Origin: an uncultured archaeon
Lineage (GTDB): Archaea; Altiarchaeota; Altiarchaeia; JAFGQM01
Direction: 5' to 3'
DNA: 64,000 bases
NCBI GenBank assembly: GCA_964619365.1
Contig: CAZUDQ010000003.1
Coordinates: forward strand, 1-64,000
The position numbers and the translations under genes are program-made. Of the stretch, positions 1 to 9,536 are shown one piece after another; position 1 is the stretch's first letter; each line of letters begins with the position of its first letter. The notes beneath the pieces are model-generated. The model searched no databases. It saw nothing but the letters and a program-made list of their open reading frames with translations, and was not told where the DNA came from.

Positions 1-5
1 ATCTA

Positions 6-108
6 AAAGTAAGATTTTCTTACTTTCTAAATTTCTATTACGTTGGGTTACAAAGTAACCCGACCATACTCATTTCGGTATTTCCGATAAAGTAAGATTT
101 TCTTACTT
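6..108. repeat. Two copies of palindrome AAAGTAAGA-N3-TCTTACTT(T) (6-26, 89-108) flanking two further hairpins
   Basis: Read directly. Hairpins GGGTTAC-aaa-GTAACCC (45-61) and TCGG-tattt-CCGA (75-87) lie between the copies; the same motif recurs at 32685-32730. Confidence 0.8.
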
Positions 109-232
109 CCTCATTTTAGCTGAGTTTTGATATTACTTACCAAACTATTTTCTTTTTTAGTCTTTATCCCACTAATTTATCCAAGAAACCTTATTCCAAA
201 TGAAATTAAGAGCTCCCATATCACATATCAAA

Positions 233-856
233 ATGCCAAAACAAAAGCCGCCGCCCAAAGGATTTTTTGCCAGGAGAAAAGCCAGAAAAACAGAAAAGAA
301 GCACCAGGAATTCCAAGGAAAACAGATTGAGCGTGAAATAAAGGCGCGCGAGGAAAAAGCAAAAAAGCAGGAAGAGGAGTTAAAGCTCCAAGCAAAAAAG
401 GAAGAGCAAGAAGAAAAGAAAAAGACCCATGCCCACGAGAACACAAAAGAAAGCATGCACGCCTATCACATCAATAACGCTGCAGCACACGAGTCACATG
501 CACAGCATAAGGTTGAATCGGATAAACTCACAGACCCCAAGAAAATAGGGGATGCTGTAAAGGAAGAAATAGAGCGGCTAAACGACCCAAGACTTCCCCA
601 TCAATCAAAGATAGCGCGCCTCAAAACACTTGAGAAGGCTCTTTTAAACGAAGAGAACAAACTGAGTAAGATTGCCAGTACCAAAGCCCCCAAGAAAGGC
701 ATCTCAAAAGAAAGCCTGCAAAAACGCCAGGTTTTTATCAGGCGTCAAATCAACATAATATCTGGTGCCATCGAACAAAGTTCCAAACCAAAAAAGCCAC
801 CTGCAAACATAAAATTCCTCAGAACAAACCCCGGCACAATGAGAAAAGTAGCCTGA
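233..856 (+). CDS. Hypothetical Lys/Glu-rich coiled-coil protein with basic N-terminal leader (MPKQKPPPK...)
   Basis: ORF 200..856; ATG at 233 preferred; no recognisable domain. Confidence 0.6.
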   Translation: MPKQKPPPKGFFARRKARKTEKKHQEFQGKQIEREIKAREEKAKKQEEELKLQAKKEEQEEKKKTHAHENTKESMHAYHINNAAAHESHAQHKVESDKLTDPKKIGDAVKEEIERLNDPRLPHQSKIARLKTLEKALLNEENKLSKIASTKAPKKGISKESLQKRQVFIRRQINIISGAIEQSSKPKKPPANIKFLRTNPGTMRKVA

Positions 857-902
857 TTTGCGCCATTTATTATCTCTCCTTCTAATTATACTAGAAGATA
901 AA

Positions 903-2243
903 ATGGCAATCCACCCAATTGACGGGCGTTACGGCAGGCCTGAAGTAAAGGCGATTTTTGAGTCCCAAAGCAAGCTCCAAAAACTTATGGAAGTTGAGTG
1001 CGCGCTGGCCCTTGCGCACGCAAAAGTCGGCAATATCCCAAAACCTGCAGCCGATGAAATCAAAAAGAAATGTTCGACGAAGTATGTCACAGTCGCGCGT
1101 GTTGCCGAGATTGAAGCCGAGATAAACCACGATCTTATGGCGATGGTCAAAGCGTATTCTGAGCAGTGTGATAATGATGCTGGCAATTACATCCACCTCG
1201 GCGCGACAAGTGCCGACATCATGGATACCTCTCTTGCTCTCCAGTTTAAGGAATTCATCCCTTATCTTGAAAAAGACCTATTCGACCTAAAAGCAGTACT
1301 GGTAAAACTCACAAAAGAGCACAAAAAGACTGTATGCATGGGAAGGACGCACGCGCAGCACGCAGTACCTACAACTTACGGCCTGAAATTTGCAATATAC
1401 GCTGATGAAGTCGAGCGCCACATAACGCGCCTAAATGAAATCAAGCCAAGGATTCTTGTCGGCCAAATGACTGGCGCCGTTGGAACACAGGCTGCCATAG
1501 GTCCAAATGCAGTTGAGATTCAAAAGATAACGATGAAAGAACTTGGCCTTGTGCCCGTGCGCGTTTCAAACCAGCTAATCCAGCGCGACCGCCACGCAGA
1601 GTTTGTCTTCCTTCTAGCTCTCATCGGCGAGACACTCAATAAGATTAACACTGAAATCAGAAATCTTCAGAGGACTGAAATCGACGAAGTCGCTGAAGGA
1701 TTTAAGAAAGGAAAGCAGGTGGGTTCATCGACAATGCCCCACAAAAGAAATCCGATAATGTGCGAGCGCATCTGCGGGCTTTCAAGGATAATTAAGGCTA
1801 ATGCTTTTGCCGCGATGGATAACATCTCGCTTTGGCACGAGCGCGATTTGACAAATTCGGCCCCGGAGCGAATAATATTCCCGGAGGCTTGCATCTTAAT
1901 CGACTACATGCTTATCAAGTCAATTGATGTTCTTAAGAACCTTGAATTCAAGCCAAAAAACATCGAGCGCATACTAAAGTTTACAAACGGTCTTGTCATG
2001 GCTGAAAAGCTCATGGTGACTCTTGTTGACAAAGGCATGGGCAGGCAGGAAGCTCATGAACTAATAAGAAAGGACGCCATGGAAGTCTATGACAAAGGGA
2101 CGCCATTTATTGAAGTCTTAGAGAAAGACTCCGAAGTCAAAAAGTACCTAAGTGACAAAGAGCTTGAGGCGGCAATGGACCCAAAGAACTATATAGGAAC
2201 AGCTGTCGAGCAGGTCGATTCTCTCCTTAAGGAAATCGAATAG
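903..2243 (+). CDS. purB: Adenylosuccinate lyase
   Basis: HLGATSADI, GRTHAQHA and GSSTMPHKRNP signature; start taken as ATG 903 (MAIHPIDGRYG). Confidence 0.96.
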   Translation: MAIHPIDGRYGRPEVKAIFESQSKLQKLMEVECALALAHAKVGNIPKPAADEIKKKCSTKYVTVARVAEIEAEINHDLMAMVKAYSEQCDNDAGNYIHLGATSADIMDTSLALQFKEFIPYLEKDLFDLKAVLVKLTKEHKKTVCMGRTHAQHAVPTTYGLKFAIYADEVERHITRLNEIKPRILVGQMTGAVGTQAAIGPNAVEIQKITMKELGLVPVRVSNQLIQRDRHAEFVFLLALIGETLNKINTEIRNLQRTEIDEVAEGFKKGKQVGSSTMPHKRNPIMCERICGLSRIIKANAFAAMDNISLWHERDLTNSAPERIIFPEACILIDYMLIKSIDVLKNLEFKPKNIERILKFTNGLVMAEKLMVTLVDKGMGRQEAHELIRKDAMEVYDKGTPFIEVLEKDSEVKKYLSDKELEAAMDPKNYIGTAVEQVDSLLKEIE

Positions 2244-2298
2244 ATTTCTCCCCTCTTTTTATCCCGCAAACCTCAAACTACAAACGGGGTAAATTAAG

Positions 2299-2553
2299 AT
2301 GGATTTCGACGTTGAAATAGATGTTAAATTAAAGGAGGGACTCCTTAATCCTGAAGCAAAGACTATAGAACGCGGTCTGCAGCTATTAGGTTATAAAGGG
2401 ATAAAGGACTTTGACACAAAGCGTGCCTTTGCATTCAAAATCTCAGCAAAGGATGAACATAAGGCAAGAACAGAAGTTGATGAGATGTGTAAAAAGATTC
2501 TTGTAAATCCTGTGATACAGGATTATGAGATAAAGATAAAACACGAAAAATAA
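2299..2553 (+). CDS. purS: FGAM synthase subunit PurS
   Basis: LKEGLLNPE...LVNPVIQDY; directly upstream of purQ and purL. Confidence 0.93.
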   Translation: MDFDVEIDVKLKEGLLNPEAKTIERGLQLLGYKGIKDFDTKRAFAFKISAKDEHKARTEVDEMCKKILVNPVIQDYEIKIKHEK

Positions 2554-2555
2554 GA

Positions 2556-3224
2556 ATGATAGGTGTTTTACAGTTCCCGGGCTCAAACTGCGACCAGGAT
2601 ATAATTCATGTCATAAATGACGTTCTTGGCGAGAATGCAAAACTAGTTTTTTTTAAGGGCTCAAACCTTTCAGATCTTGATGGTCTTGTAATTCCCGGAG
2701 GCTTCTCATACGGCGACCACTTGCGTGCCGGTGCCATTGCCGCAAAGATGCCTGTAATGGAGGGCGTCAAGAAAATGGCAGAGGACGGAAAACCGATCCT
2801 TGGAATCTGCAACGGCTTTCAAATACTTTGCGAGTCAGGTCTTCTCCCAGGTGCCCTGACAAACAACCACTACCTCAAATTCCGCTGCCAGTGGACAGAA
2901 CTTTCAGTTGAAAACGACTCAAGCGCGTTTACCTCGCTTTACTCAAAAGGCGACGTCATCAGGATGCCAATTGCCCACGGCGAAGGTAGGTATTATTGTG
3001 ACGATAAAACTCTTGAAGAGATAAAAGAAAACGGCCAGATTGTATTCCGCTACCTTAACAACCCCAACGGAGCGCGTCATGATGTTGCAGGCCTTACAAA
3101 TAAACAAGGAAATGTTTTAGGCTTAATGCCCCACCCTGAGCGGGCAAGTGAGAAAGTACTTGGAGGAACAGATGGAAAGAAGATGTTTGAGTCGATGATA
3201 AGATTCATCCAGTCAAGGACTTAA
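2556..3224 (+). CDS. purQ: FGAM synthase glutaminase subunit PurQ
   Basis: FPGSNCD, PGGFSYGD, GICNGFQ and MPHPER motifs. Confidence 0.97.
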   Translation: MIGVLQFPGSNCDQDIIHVINDVLGENAKLVFFKGSNLSDLDGLVIPGGFSYGDHLRAGAIAAKMPVMEGVKKMAEDGKPILGICNGFQILCESGLLPGALTNNHYLKFRCQWTELSVENDSSAFTSLYSKGDVIRMPIAHGEGRYYCDDKTLEEIKENGQIVFRYLNNPNGARHDVAGLTNKQGNVLGLMPHPERASEKVLGGTDGKKMFESMIRFIQSRT

Positions 3225-3228
3225 AAAA

Positions 3229-5367
3229 ATGACAGGCGATTTAAAATGCGAAAGCAAAAGGCCGGAGCAAGTATCACTGACTGACGATGAGATTGCACTT
3301 GCAAGAAAGCGTCTTGGTCGTGAACCCAACGACACGGAGTGGGCGATAATCGATGTCATGTGGTCTGAGCACTGCTCATATAAGTCAAGCAGACCATACC
3401 TTAAGCTTTTCCCGACAGAAGGAAAAGACGTTCTTTTGGGTGTTGGCGATGACTGCGGAATAGTTGATTTTGATGAGAAGTATGGTATTGCAATAGGAAT
3501 GGAGTCGCATAACCATCCTTCAGCAATCGAGCCTGTGGCAGGTGCTGCAACGGGCGTCGGAGGAATCGTCCGCGACATAATCTCAAAAGGTGCTAAACCA
3601 ATTGCATGCCTTGACCCCCTGCGTCTTGGCGACATAAAAAATGATACGCGCTCAAGATATCTTTTTGAAAATATAATTAAAGGAATTGCCGATTACGGCA
3701 ACTGTATCGGCGTCCCGACAATCGGGGGCCAGGCAGAATTTGACTCAAGCTTTAACGGCAACCCGCTTGTTAATGTTGTCTGTATCGGCCTAGTTGAAAA
3801 GGATAAGATTGTGCGTGGCATAGCGCCAAATGCGGGCGACACGATGATGCTTATTGGAAGTAAGACAGGCCGCGACGGAATTCACGGTGTTACTTTTGCA
3901 TCCGAAGAATTATCTGAAGGCTCTGAAGAGGAATCAAGACCGGCAGTTCAAATTGAGGACCCACTTTCCGAAAAGCTCTTAATAGATTCATTCTCTGAAA
4001 TCTTTAAGACATATGCATGGTCAGGATGCAAGGATCTTGGCGGCGGCGGCTTTGTCTGTGCCAGTTCAGAAATTGTAGATAAAGGCGGTATGGGTGCACT
4101 CATTCACCTTGATCGCTTGCCACTTCGCGAGAAAGGCATGTTTCCATGGGAGATACTTCTTTCAGAAACCCAGGAGCGCATGATGCTTATTGTAAAGGCG
4201 GGTCAAGAGCACGAAGTCGAGCGCATACTTGATAAGTGGGATGTAATTTATTCTCCAGTTGGAACTGTCACAAATGACGGCGTGTATAAGGTTCTTTGGA
4301 AGGGAGAAGAAATCGTAAGCCTCCCGACAAAAGTAATAACTGAAGGGCCATTAATGAATCGCCCGACCGAAAAGCTTCCAGTAACAGTTCCGGAAAAACA
4401 AAAGACCGGCGATCCGGCTGATTATTTGATAAACCTTCTTGTTTCCCCAGATATCGCATCAAAGCATTGGATATCGCGGCAATACGACCACGAGGTCCAG
4501 TTAAGGTCGGTAACAAAGCCTGGTGATGACGGGACAATAACCAGAATAACCCCAAACGAAGGTGCTGTCCTTGGCCTTGGCTGCAACAGCAAGCATTGCG
4601 CGCTTGACATTGAAAACGGGGCGCGGGAGTCTCTGGCAGAAAGCCTAAGGAACATAACTGCGATGGGCGCAAAGCCTCTGGCCGTTGTTGACTGCCTGAA
4701 TTTTGGCAACCCGGAAAAACCATGCGCAATGTGGCAGTTTAAGCGCGCAGTTGAAGAGATTACAAAGGGTCTAAAGCTATTTGGCATACCGGTTGTCTCA
4801 GGAAACGTCAGCTTCTATAATGAGACTGCCGGAAAAGCAATAAATGTTTCGCCGATAGTCTGCACACTGGGCAAGGTAGCTCTAGATAAAGCTATTGACA
4901 TCTCACTAAAAGACGCAGGCGATAAGATACTCCTTATAGGAAAGACGCTACCCGAACTTGGCGCTTGCCCGAAAGTAGATTTCTCACTTGAGAAAAAGAC
5001 AAACGAACTAGTCTTTAAGCTGATTTCGGAAAGGAAGATAAACGCATGCCACGACCTCTCAAAAGGAGGACTTGGAGTCGGGCTTTCCCGCATGGCTTTT
5101 GCAGGAGATATCGGATTTTTCATAGACCCTGAAGTAATGGGCGAAGATATCGACCTTTCTGAAAAACTCTTTTCTGAAACGAATGCAAGATACGTAATCG
5201 CGACAAAAGACGCAGCAGCAGCTCTTGCTCTTGCCGATGAATTCGAAGTCTACGTCCAGCAGATAGGAAGTGTCGGTGGCGAAGACCTTGACTTTGCAAG
5301 TTTTGCAATACCGCTTAATGGTGCAAAAGAAAAGTGGGAAGACGCATTAGAAGAAATCATGTCATGA
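3229..5367 (+). CDS. purL: FGAM synthase subunit PurL
   Basis: MWSEHCSYKSS, ESHNHPS, NFGNPE and SGNVSFYNE motifs. Confidence 0.97.
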   Translation: MTGDLKCESKRPEQVSLTDDEIALARKRLGREPNDTEWAIIDVMWSEHCSYKSSRPYLKLFPTEGKDVLLGVGDDCGIVDFDEKYGIAIGMESHNHPSAIEPVAGAATGVGGIVRDIISKGAKPIACLDPLRLGDIKNDTRSRYLFENIIKGIADYGNCIGVPTIGGQAEFDSSFNGNPLVNVVCIGLVEKDKIVRGIAPNAGDTMMLIGSKTGRDGIHGVTFASEELSEGSEEESRPAVQIEDPLSEKLLIDSFSEIFKTYAWSGCKDLGGGGFVCASSEIVDKGGMGALIHLDRLPLREKGMFPWEILLSETQERMMLIVKAGQEHEVERILDKWDVIYSPVGTVTNDGVYKVLWKGEEIVSLPTKVITEGPLMNRPTEKLPVTVPEKQKTGDPADYLINLLVSPDIASKHWISRQYDHEVQLRSVTKPGDDGTITRITPNEGAVLGLGCNSKHCALDIENGARESLAESLRNITAMGAKPLAVVDCLNFGNPEKPCAMWQFKRAVEEITKGLKLFGIPVVSGNVSFYNETAGKAINVSPIVCTLGKVALDKAIDISLKDAGDKILLIGKTLPELGACPKVDFSLEKKTNELVFKLISERKINACHDLSKGGLGVGLSRMAFAGDIGFFIDPEVMGEDIDLSEKLFSETNARYVIATKDAAAALALADEFEVYVQQIGSVGGEDLDFASFAIPLNGAKEKWEDALEEIMS

Positions 5368-5399
5368 TTTTAGGTAATTAGGATTTAGATTATTTAGAC

Positions 5400-5801
5400 A
5401 TGGACCCGCACTCACGCCCGATATCTATTCCAAGACTCGTTCTTGAAACTGCGTTTGCCGCCGCGCGCAAGTCTCTACCTTTAGAATTCGGCGCGATTTT
5501 ACGGGGAATAAAAGGCGACCCGTCAGGCAGGGCAGTCAAGGAAATGCTACTTTTGCCAGGAACTGTTCAGGGACATGGGTTTACAAGCTTTCACTTAACG
5601 ATGATGCCTCTTTCTTCAGAAGGTATTGGAACTATACATTCACACCCTTCAGGCATCAAACGTCCAAGTGACGCCGACCTCTTAATGTTCTCGCGAACCG
5701 GGAATTCACATATAATAATTGGAAACCCGTTTAGGGACGAATCGGATGCCCGAGGCTTTGATTCGCAGGGAAAACCTGTTGAAATAATGCTTCTTGACTA
5801 A
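5400..5801 (+). CDS. JAMM/MPN+ (Mov34) family metalloprotease
   Basis: E...HSHPSG...PSDAD JAMM motif. Confidence 0.88.
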   Translation: MDPHSRPISIPRLVLETAFAAARKSLPLEFGAILRGIKGDPSGRAVKEMLLLPGTVQGHGFTSFHLTMMPLSSEGIGTIHSHPSGIKRPSDADLLMFSRTGNSHIIIGNPFRDESDARGFDSQGKPVEIMLLD

Positions 5802-5859
5802 TAATTATGTAAAAGTCGCCCTATTTTTTGACTTTTATACTCATATTTACTAAAATAGA

Positions 5860-6068
5860 TGTCGCTACGGGGCGTAATCTTGATTACTGCTGCTAACCTA
5901 AGATGATGGATTAACAACACGTGGCGCTACAAAGTTTAGCCCCTCCGGGTCAACCCGGTTGAGAGTGCATCCTGCACCCGACTATGATATCGGGAGTTAA
6001 CGAGGGGCAATAACGCTAAAGCGGGTAAAACACCCGCGTCATTTGTGTCGCCATTTACGTCTTTTTTT
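5860..6068 (+). ncRNA. Putative ~200-nt structured non-coding RNA of unknown family
   Basis: GC-rich intergenic segment with many nested stems, a TATA-like TTTTATA at 5833-5839 and a T7 tract at 6062-6068. Confidence 0.55.
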
Positions 6069-6137
6069 GGCAACAAAATAAGGCAAAACAAAGTGACACT
6101 TCATTTGGGCGGATGTTTTTAGCCGCCTTGAAAGATC

Positions 6138-6458
6138 ATGCATCAAGCATTACGCGAATCTAAAGACGGTACTATATTGCGAATCTGGGCAATGCCCGGA
6201 GCAAAAGAGACTGCCCTTTCGGATTATGACGGCTGGAGACAGGCAATCAAGCTCAAAACACGCGAACCGGCACTAAAAGACGCCGCAAACCGCGCGATAG
6301 AGAATTATTTGACCTCTCTTCTGGGGACAAGCGCCACACTAGTTTCAGGCGCAAAATCGAGGGAAAAAGAAATCCTCGTCAAAAACAAAAACCCCGCCCA
6401 AGTGCTTGATGCCCTAAAGGAAAGACAAGCAAAAAATAAAAAACAAAAATCAAAATGA
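6138..6458 (+). CDS. DUF167/YggU family protein
   Basis: PGAKET...EPALKDAANRAIENYL...LVSGAKSREK pattern. Confidence 0.85.
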   Translation: MHQALRESKDGTILRIWAMPGAKETALSDYDGWRQAIKLKTREPALKDAANRAIENYLTSLLGTSATLVSGAKSREKEILVKNKNPAQVLDALKERQAKNKKQKSK

Positions 6459-7912
6459 GTAAAGCACCTGTTGACATAATAAAATACGTTATTCATGCAG
6501 AAGCCGAGGCCACAGGCCTTGTCGAAAAACCAGACCTTATTGGCGCGATATTCGGCCAAACAGAAGGCCTTCTGGGTGAAGACCTTGATCTTCGCGAATT
6601 GCAAAAATCAGGGAGAATAGGAAGAATAGACGCAGACCTTGACACAAAAGCTGGCGTGACAAAAGCAAAAGTTACAATACCGTCAAGTCTTGACATGGTA
6701 GAAACCTCAATAATCGCCGCAGGCGTAGAGACAATAACCAGAATCGGACCGTGCGACGCAAAGTTCAAGATATCAAATATCGAAGATGTCCGCGAGGAAA
6801 AAAGAACGGCTGTTGTTTCAAGGGCAAGAGAGCTCCTTAAGACATTTATGCATGACGAGCTTCCAGACGCAAAGGAAATCTCAGAAGAGTTAAGAAAGGA
6901 TATAAGGACCGAAGAAATAACCAAAGTCGAAGGTCTTGACGCGGGACCCGCAGTGACAACGGCTGAGGACATAATAATCGTTGAAGGCCGCGCAGATGTC
7001 CTGACCCTCCTTAGAAACGGCATCAAAAATTCGGTTGCGGTAGGTGGAATCAAGATTCCAAAAGAGATAACAAAGATTGCAAAAGGAAAAAGTGTTACTG
7101 CGTTTGTTGACGGAGACCGAGGTGGAGACCTTATACTAAAATCCCTAAAGAACGCTGGCGTTACAATCGATAATGTCTCGCGCGCTCCGGCAGGACGCGA
7201 AGTAGAAGGCCTTGCCAGAAAAGAGATTGTTATGTGCCTGCGCAGGAAAAAGAGTTCAGAAGAGGCATTTAATGAACTTGATGATGCAAGCAACAAGAAA
7301 TCCTATTCAAGCGATAAGAATGACCGTGATGGCCGCAGCAGCGACAGCCGCTCAAGGTCAAGTGACAGAAACAGCAGCCGTGATGGCCGCAGCAGCGACA
7401 GCCGCTCAAGGTCAAGTGACAGAAACAGCAGCCGTGATGGCCGCAGCAGCGACAGCCGCTCAAAGTCAAGTGACCGTAGCAGCGACAGCCGTGATGGCCG
7501 CAGCAGCGACACTGAACGTTCTGAGAGTGCTCGCTCTCGTGGAGGCCGCGACCAAAATGACCGTGAGTCACGTGAGCCAAGGCAGAGAAGCACAAGACGC
7601 GACCGCGCACAGGCAACGGCAAATGTTGAAAGCGCAAACGCGGGCGAGAGTTCAAAACTCCTTAGTACTCTGACAAAATTAAAGGGCAAAATTGCAGTTC
7701 TTGATGACAAGTTCGAAGTAGTAAAAGAAGTAGAGATAGGCGACTTAAAGAAGCTTAAAAAAGAACTCAAAGACGCAAACGCTCTTGTTATTGACGATAT
7801 CCTCACAAACGAGGTACTCGAAAACTCCGGAGGAGCTAAATTCGTCTGTGGTATAACAACTGCAGGCAATCTCAAGGCGCCAAAGGACAAAAAGATCGTT
7901 ACAAAGTTCTAA
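6455..7912 (+). CDS. dnaG: Archaeal DnaG (TOPRIM, exosome-associated) with an Arg/Ser/Asp repeat insertion
   Basis: GAIFGQTEGLLG, LRELQKSGRIGRI, IVEGRADV and DGDRGG motifs. Confidence 0.96.
   Translation: MSKAPVDIIKYVIHAEAEATGLVEKPDLIGAIFGQTEGLLGEDLDLRELQKSGRIGRIDADLDTKAGVTKAKVTIPSSLDMVETSIIAAGVETITRIGPCDAKFKISNIEDVREEKRTAVVSRARELLKTFMHDELPDAKEISEELRKDIRTEEITKVEGLDAGPAVTTAEDIIIVEGRADVLTLLRNGIKNSVAVGGIKIPKEITKIAKGKSVTAFVDGDRGGDLILKSLKNAGVTIDNVSRAPAGREVEGLARKEIVMCLRRKKSSEEAFNELDDASNKKSYSSDKNDRDGRSSDSRSRSSDRNSSRDGRSSDSRSRSSDRNSSRDGRSSDSRSKSSDRSSDSRDGRSSDTERSESARSRGGRDQNDRESREPRQRSTRRDRAQATANVESANAGESSKLLSTLTKLKGKIAVLDDKFEVVKEVEIGDLKKLKKELKDANALVIDDILTNEVLENSGGAKFVCGITTAGNLKAPKDKKIVTKF
7324..7511 (+). 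repeat. In-frame 54-bp tandem repeat (about 3.4 units, RDGRSSDSRSRSSDRNSS) inside dnaG
   Basis: Units start at 7324, 7378, 7432 and 7489. Confidence 0.92.
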
Positions 7913-7915
7913 AAA

Positions 7916-7967
7916 TATAAAGGGGAGTTTCCCCTTATATTCTTTATTTTTTTATATTTTTTTTTAT
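7916..7967 (+). terminator. Hairpin plus T-rich tract after dnaG
   Basis: TATAAAGGGGA-gtt-TCCCCTTATA followed by long T runs. Confidence 0.55.
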
Positions 7968-8019
7968 TCATAATTTTTATTCTTACCCACTCTAATCATT
8001 CATTCTTAACTGTAATGGG

Positions 8020-9492
8020 ATGGAAACCAAATTCGACTCGACAAAAGACATAGGTCTCCCGGCAGACCCACTCGATATGATAATCGGGCAGGAGTCTGCA
8101 GTCAGCATAGCAAGGATAGCTGCCAAACAAAGGCGCCACTTGCTCCTTGTAGGTCCACCTGGAGTCGGAAAGAGCATGCTTGCAAAGGCAATGGCATACC
8201 ATATCCCCAAACCGAATACTGAAATTGTTGTAGCGCATAACCCAAAAAACCCGGAGCGCCCGTTTATCCTTACGCGTATGGCAGAGGACATTGAGCGCCA
8301 CAAGACTTTGGAACAAAAGTCCCGCGGGAAAATCGTATCACCAGATAGTGTTCCAACTGAGGTCACAGGACGATTGGGCTTTAAATGTTCTTTATGTGGC
8401 AAGAACAGCGCACCCAGGTATGAAACCTGCCCGCATTGTGGGGGAATAAAGTCAAAAAAAGAGGAGTCAGATACTGGAAACGCTCTAGCTGATATGCTTT
8501 CCCAGGTGTTTAATGTCGAGATGAGCAATTATCCTGAAGAAGAAGTTCACGTTTCTAGGGTAAATGAAAACGGCAAAGAAGAGATTCTTATCTTCCAGAC
8601 TTACGGCAACGATAAAATAAAGGTAATTGATAATGAGGCCTTTAAGCATATGAATGAGCTTGATAAGTTAAAGCGTACAAGAACTATTGTCCCACTAAAA
8701 AGAACAGCATTTGTTCAGGCAACAGGCTCATCAGCTACAGAACTTCTAGGTGATGTTAAACACGATCCATGGGGTGGCCTTCCAGATGCTGGTGGTCGTT
8801 TACCCTACCAACGAGTTGTTGCAGGCGCAATACACGAAGCTCACGAAGGCGTTCTTTTTATTGATGAGCTTCCACAACTTCAAAAGCTTCAGCATCACAT
8901 ATTAACTGCAATGCAGGAAAAACAATTTCCAATATCGGGAATGAATTCAAGTTCGTCTGGAGCCGCAGTCAAAGTCTCAAAAGTCCCGTGCGATTTCATA
9001 TTTATCGGGGCATGCAACATAACTGACATAAGTGAGATACTTCATCCTCTTCGCTCAAGGATTGTTGGTTCAGGCTATGAACTTCTCCTCGATACGACTA
9101 TGGAGAAGACTCCAGATAATATAGATAAACTATCTCGTTTCTTTGCCCAAGAAGTCATACTTGATGGCAAGATACCTCATGGGACCCCCGAAGCCGTCGC
9201 GGCGATTGTTGCCGAATCAGAACGCAAAGCAGAATTAATTGATAGCAAGAAAGGAGAGCTTTCAATACGCTTCCGCGACCTTGGTGGGATAATACGTCTT
9301 GCAGGAGACCTTGCAAAGATGGAGGAAAGCAGTTTGATAGAGGGGCACCACATAAAGGCGGCACTTAAGAATGCAAAGAGTGTTGAAGAGCAGCTTGTCG
9401 AAAAATATGGAAGTATCTGGCAGGGAAAGGCAACGGATTCTTCAAGCCACCATATAATTTCAGAAGAGAAAAAGGCGCAAGGATATCTTTGA
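8020..9492 (+). CDS. LonB-related AAA+ ATPase lacking the protease domain, with a Zn-ribbon insertion
   Basis: IIGQE, Walker A GPPGVGKS, LLGDVKHDPWGG, GAIHEAHEGVLFIDE, HPLRSRI; CxxC...CxxC insert; ends before any Ser-Lys protease domain. Confidence 0.85.
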   Translation: METKFDSTKDIGLPADPLDMIIGQESAVSIARIAAKQRRHLLLVGPPGVGKSMLAKAMAYHIPKPNTEIVVAHNPKNPERPFILTRMAEDIERHKTLEQKSRGKIVSPDSVPTEVTGRLGFKCSLCGKNSAPRYETCPHCGGIKSKKEESDTGNALADMLSQVFNVEMSNYPEEEVHVSRVNENGKEEILIFQTYGNDKIKVIDNEAFKHMNELDKLKRTRTIVPLKRTAFVQATGSSATELLGDVKHDPWGGLPDAGGRLPYQRVVAGAIHEAHEGVLFIDELPQLQKLQHHILTAMQEKQFPISGMNSSSSGAAVKVSKVPCDFIFIGACNITDISEILHPLRSRIVGSGYELLLDTTMEKTPDNIDKLSRFFAQEVILDGKIPHGTPEAVAAIVAESERKAELIDSKKGELSIRFRDLGGIIRLAGDLAKMEESSLIEGHHIKAALKNAKSVEEQLVEKYGSIWQGKATDSSSHHIISEEKKAQGYL

Positions 9493-9536
9493 AAGATTCA
9501 TTTTTATTTCGCAGTGAGTATACTTACTAAAAAACA

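Noticed and set aside
6-108. Possible CRISPR mini-array
   Set aside because: Only two 21-bp AT-rich units with a 62-bp self-structured spacer, no cas genes, and the same motif recurs elsewhere with different spacing.
5860-6068. 5S rRNA, RNase P RNA, tRNA or known riboswitch
   Set aside because: CACCCG...CGGGAGTTAA faintly recalls 5S, but the CCGAAC loop and helix layout are missing. There is no GAGGAAAGUCC, no T-loop, and no FMN/TPP/fluoride consensus.
6493-7890. Long antisense or alternate-frame ORFs over dnaG (267, 195, 153 and 128 aa)
   Set aside because: Shadows of the coding strand and of its stop-free tandem repeat.
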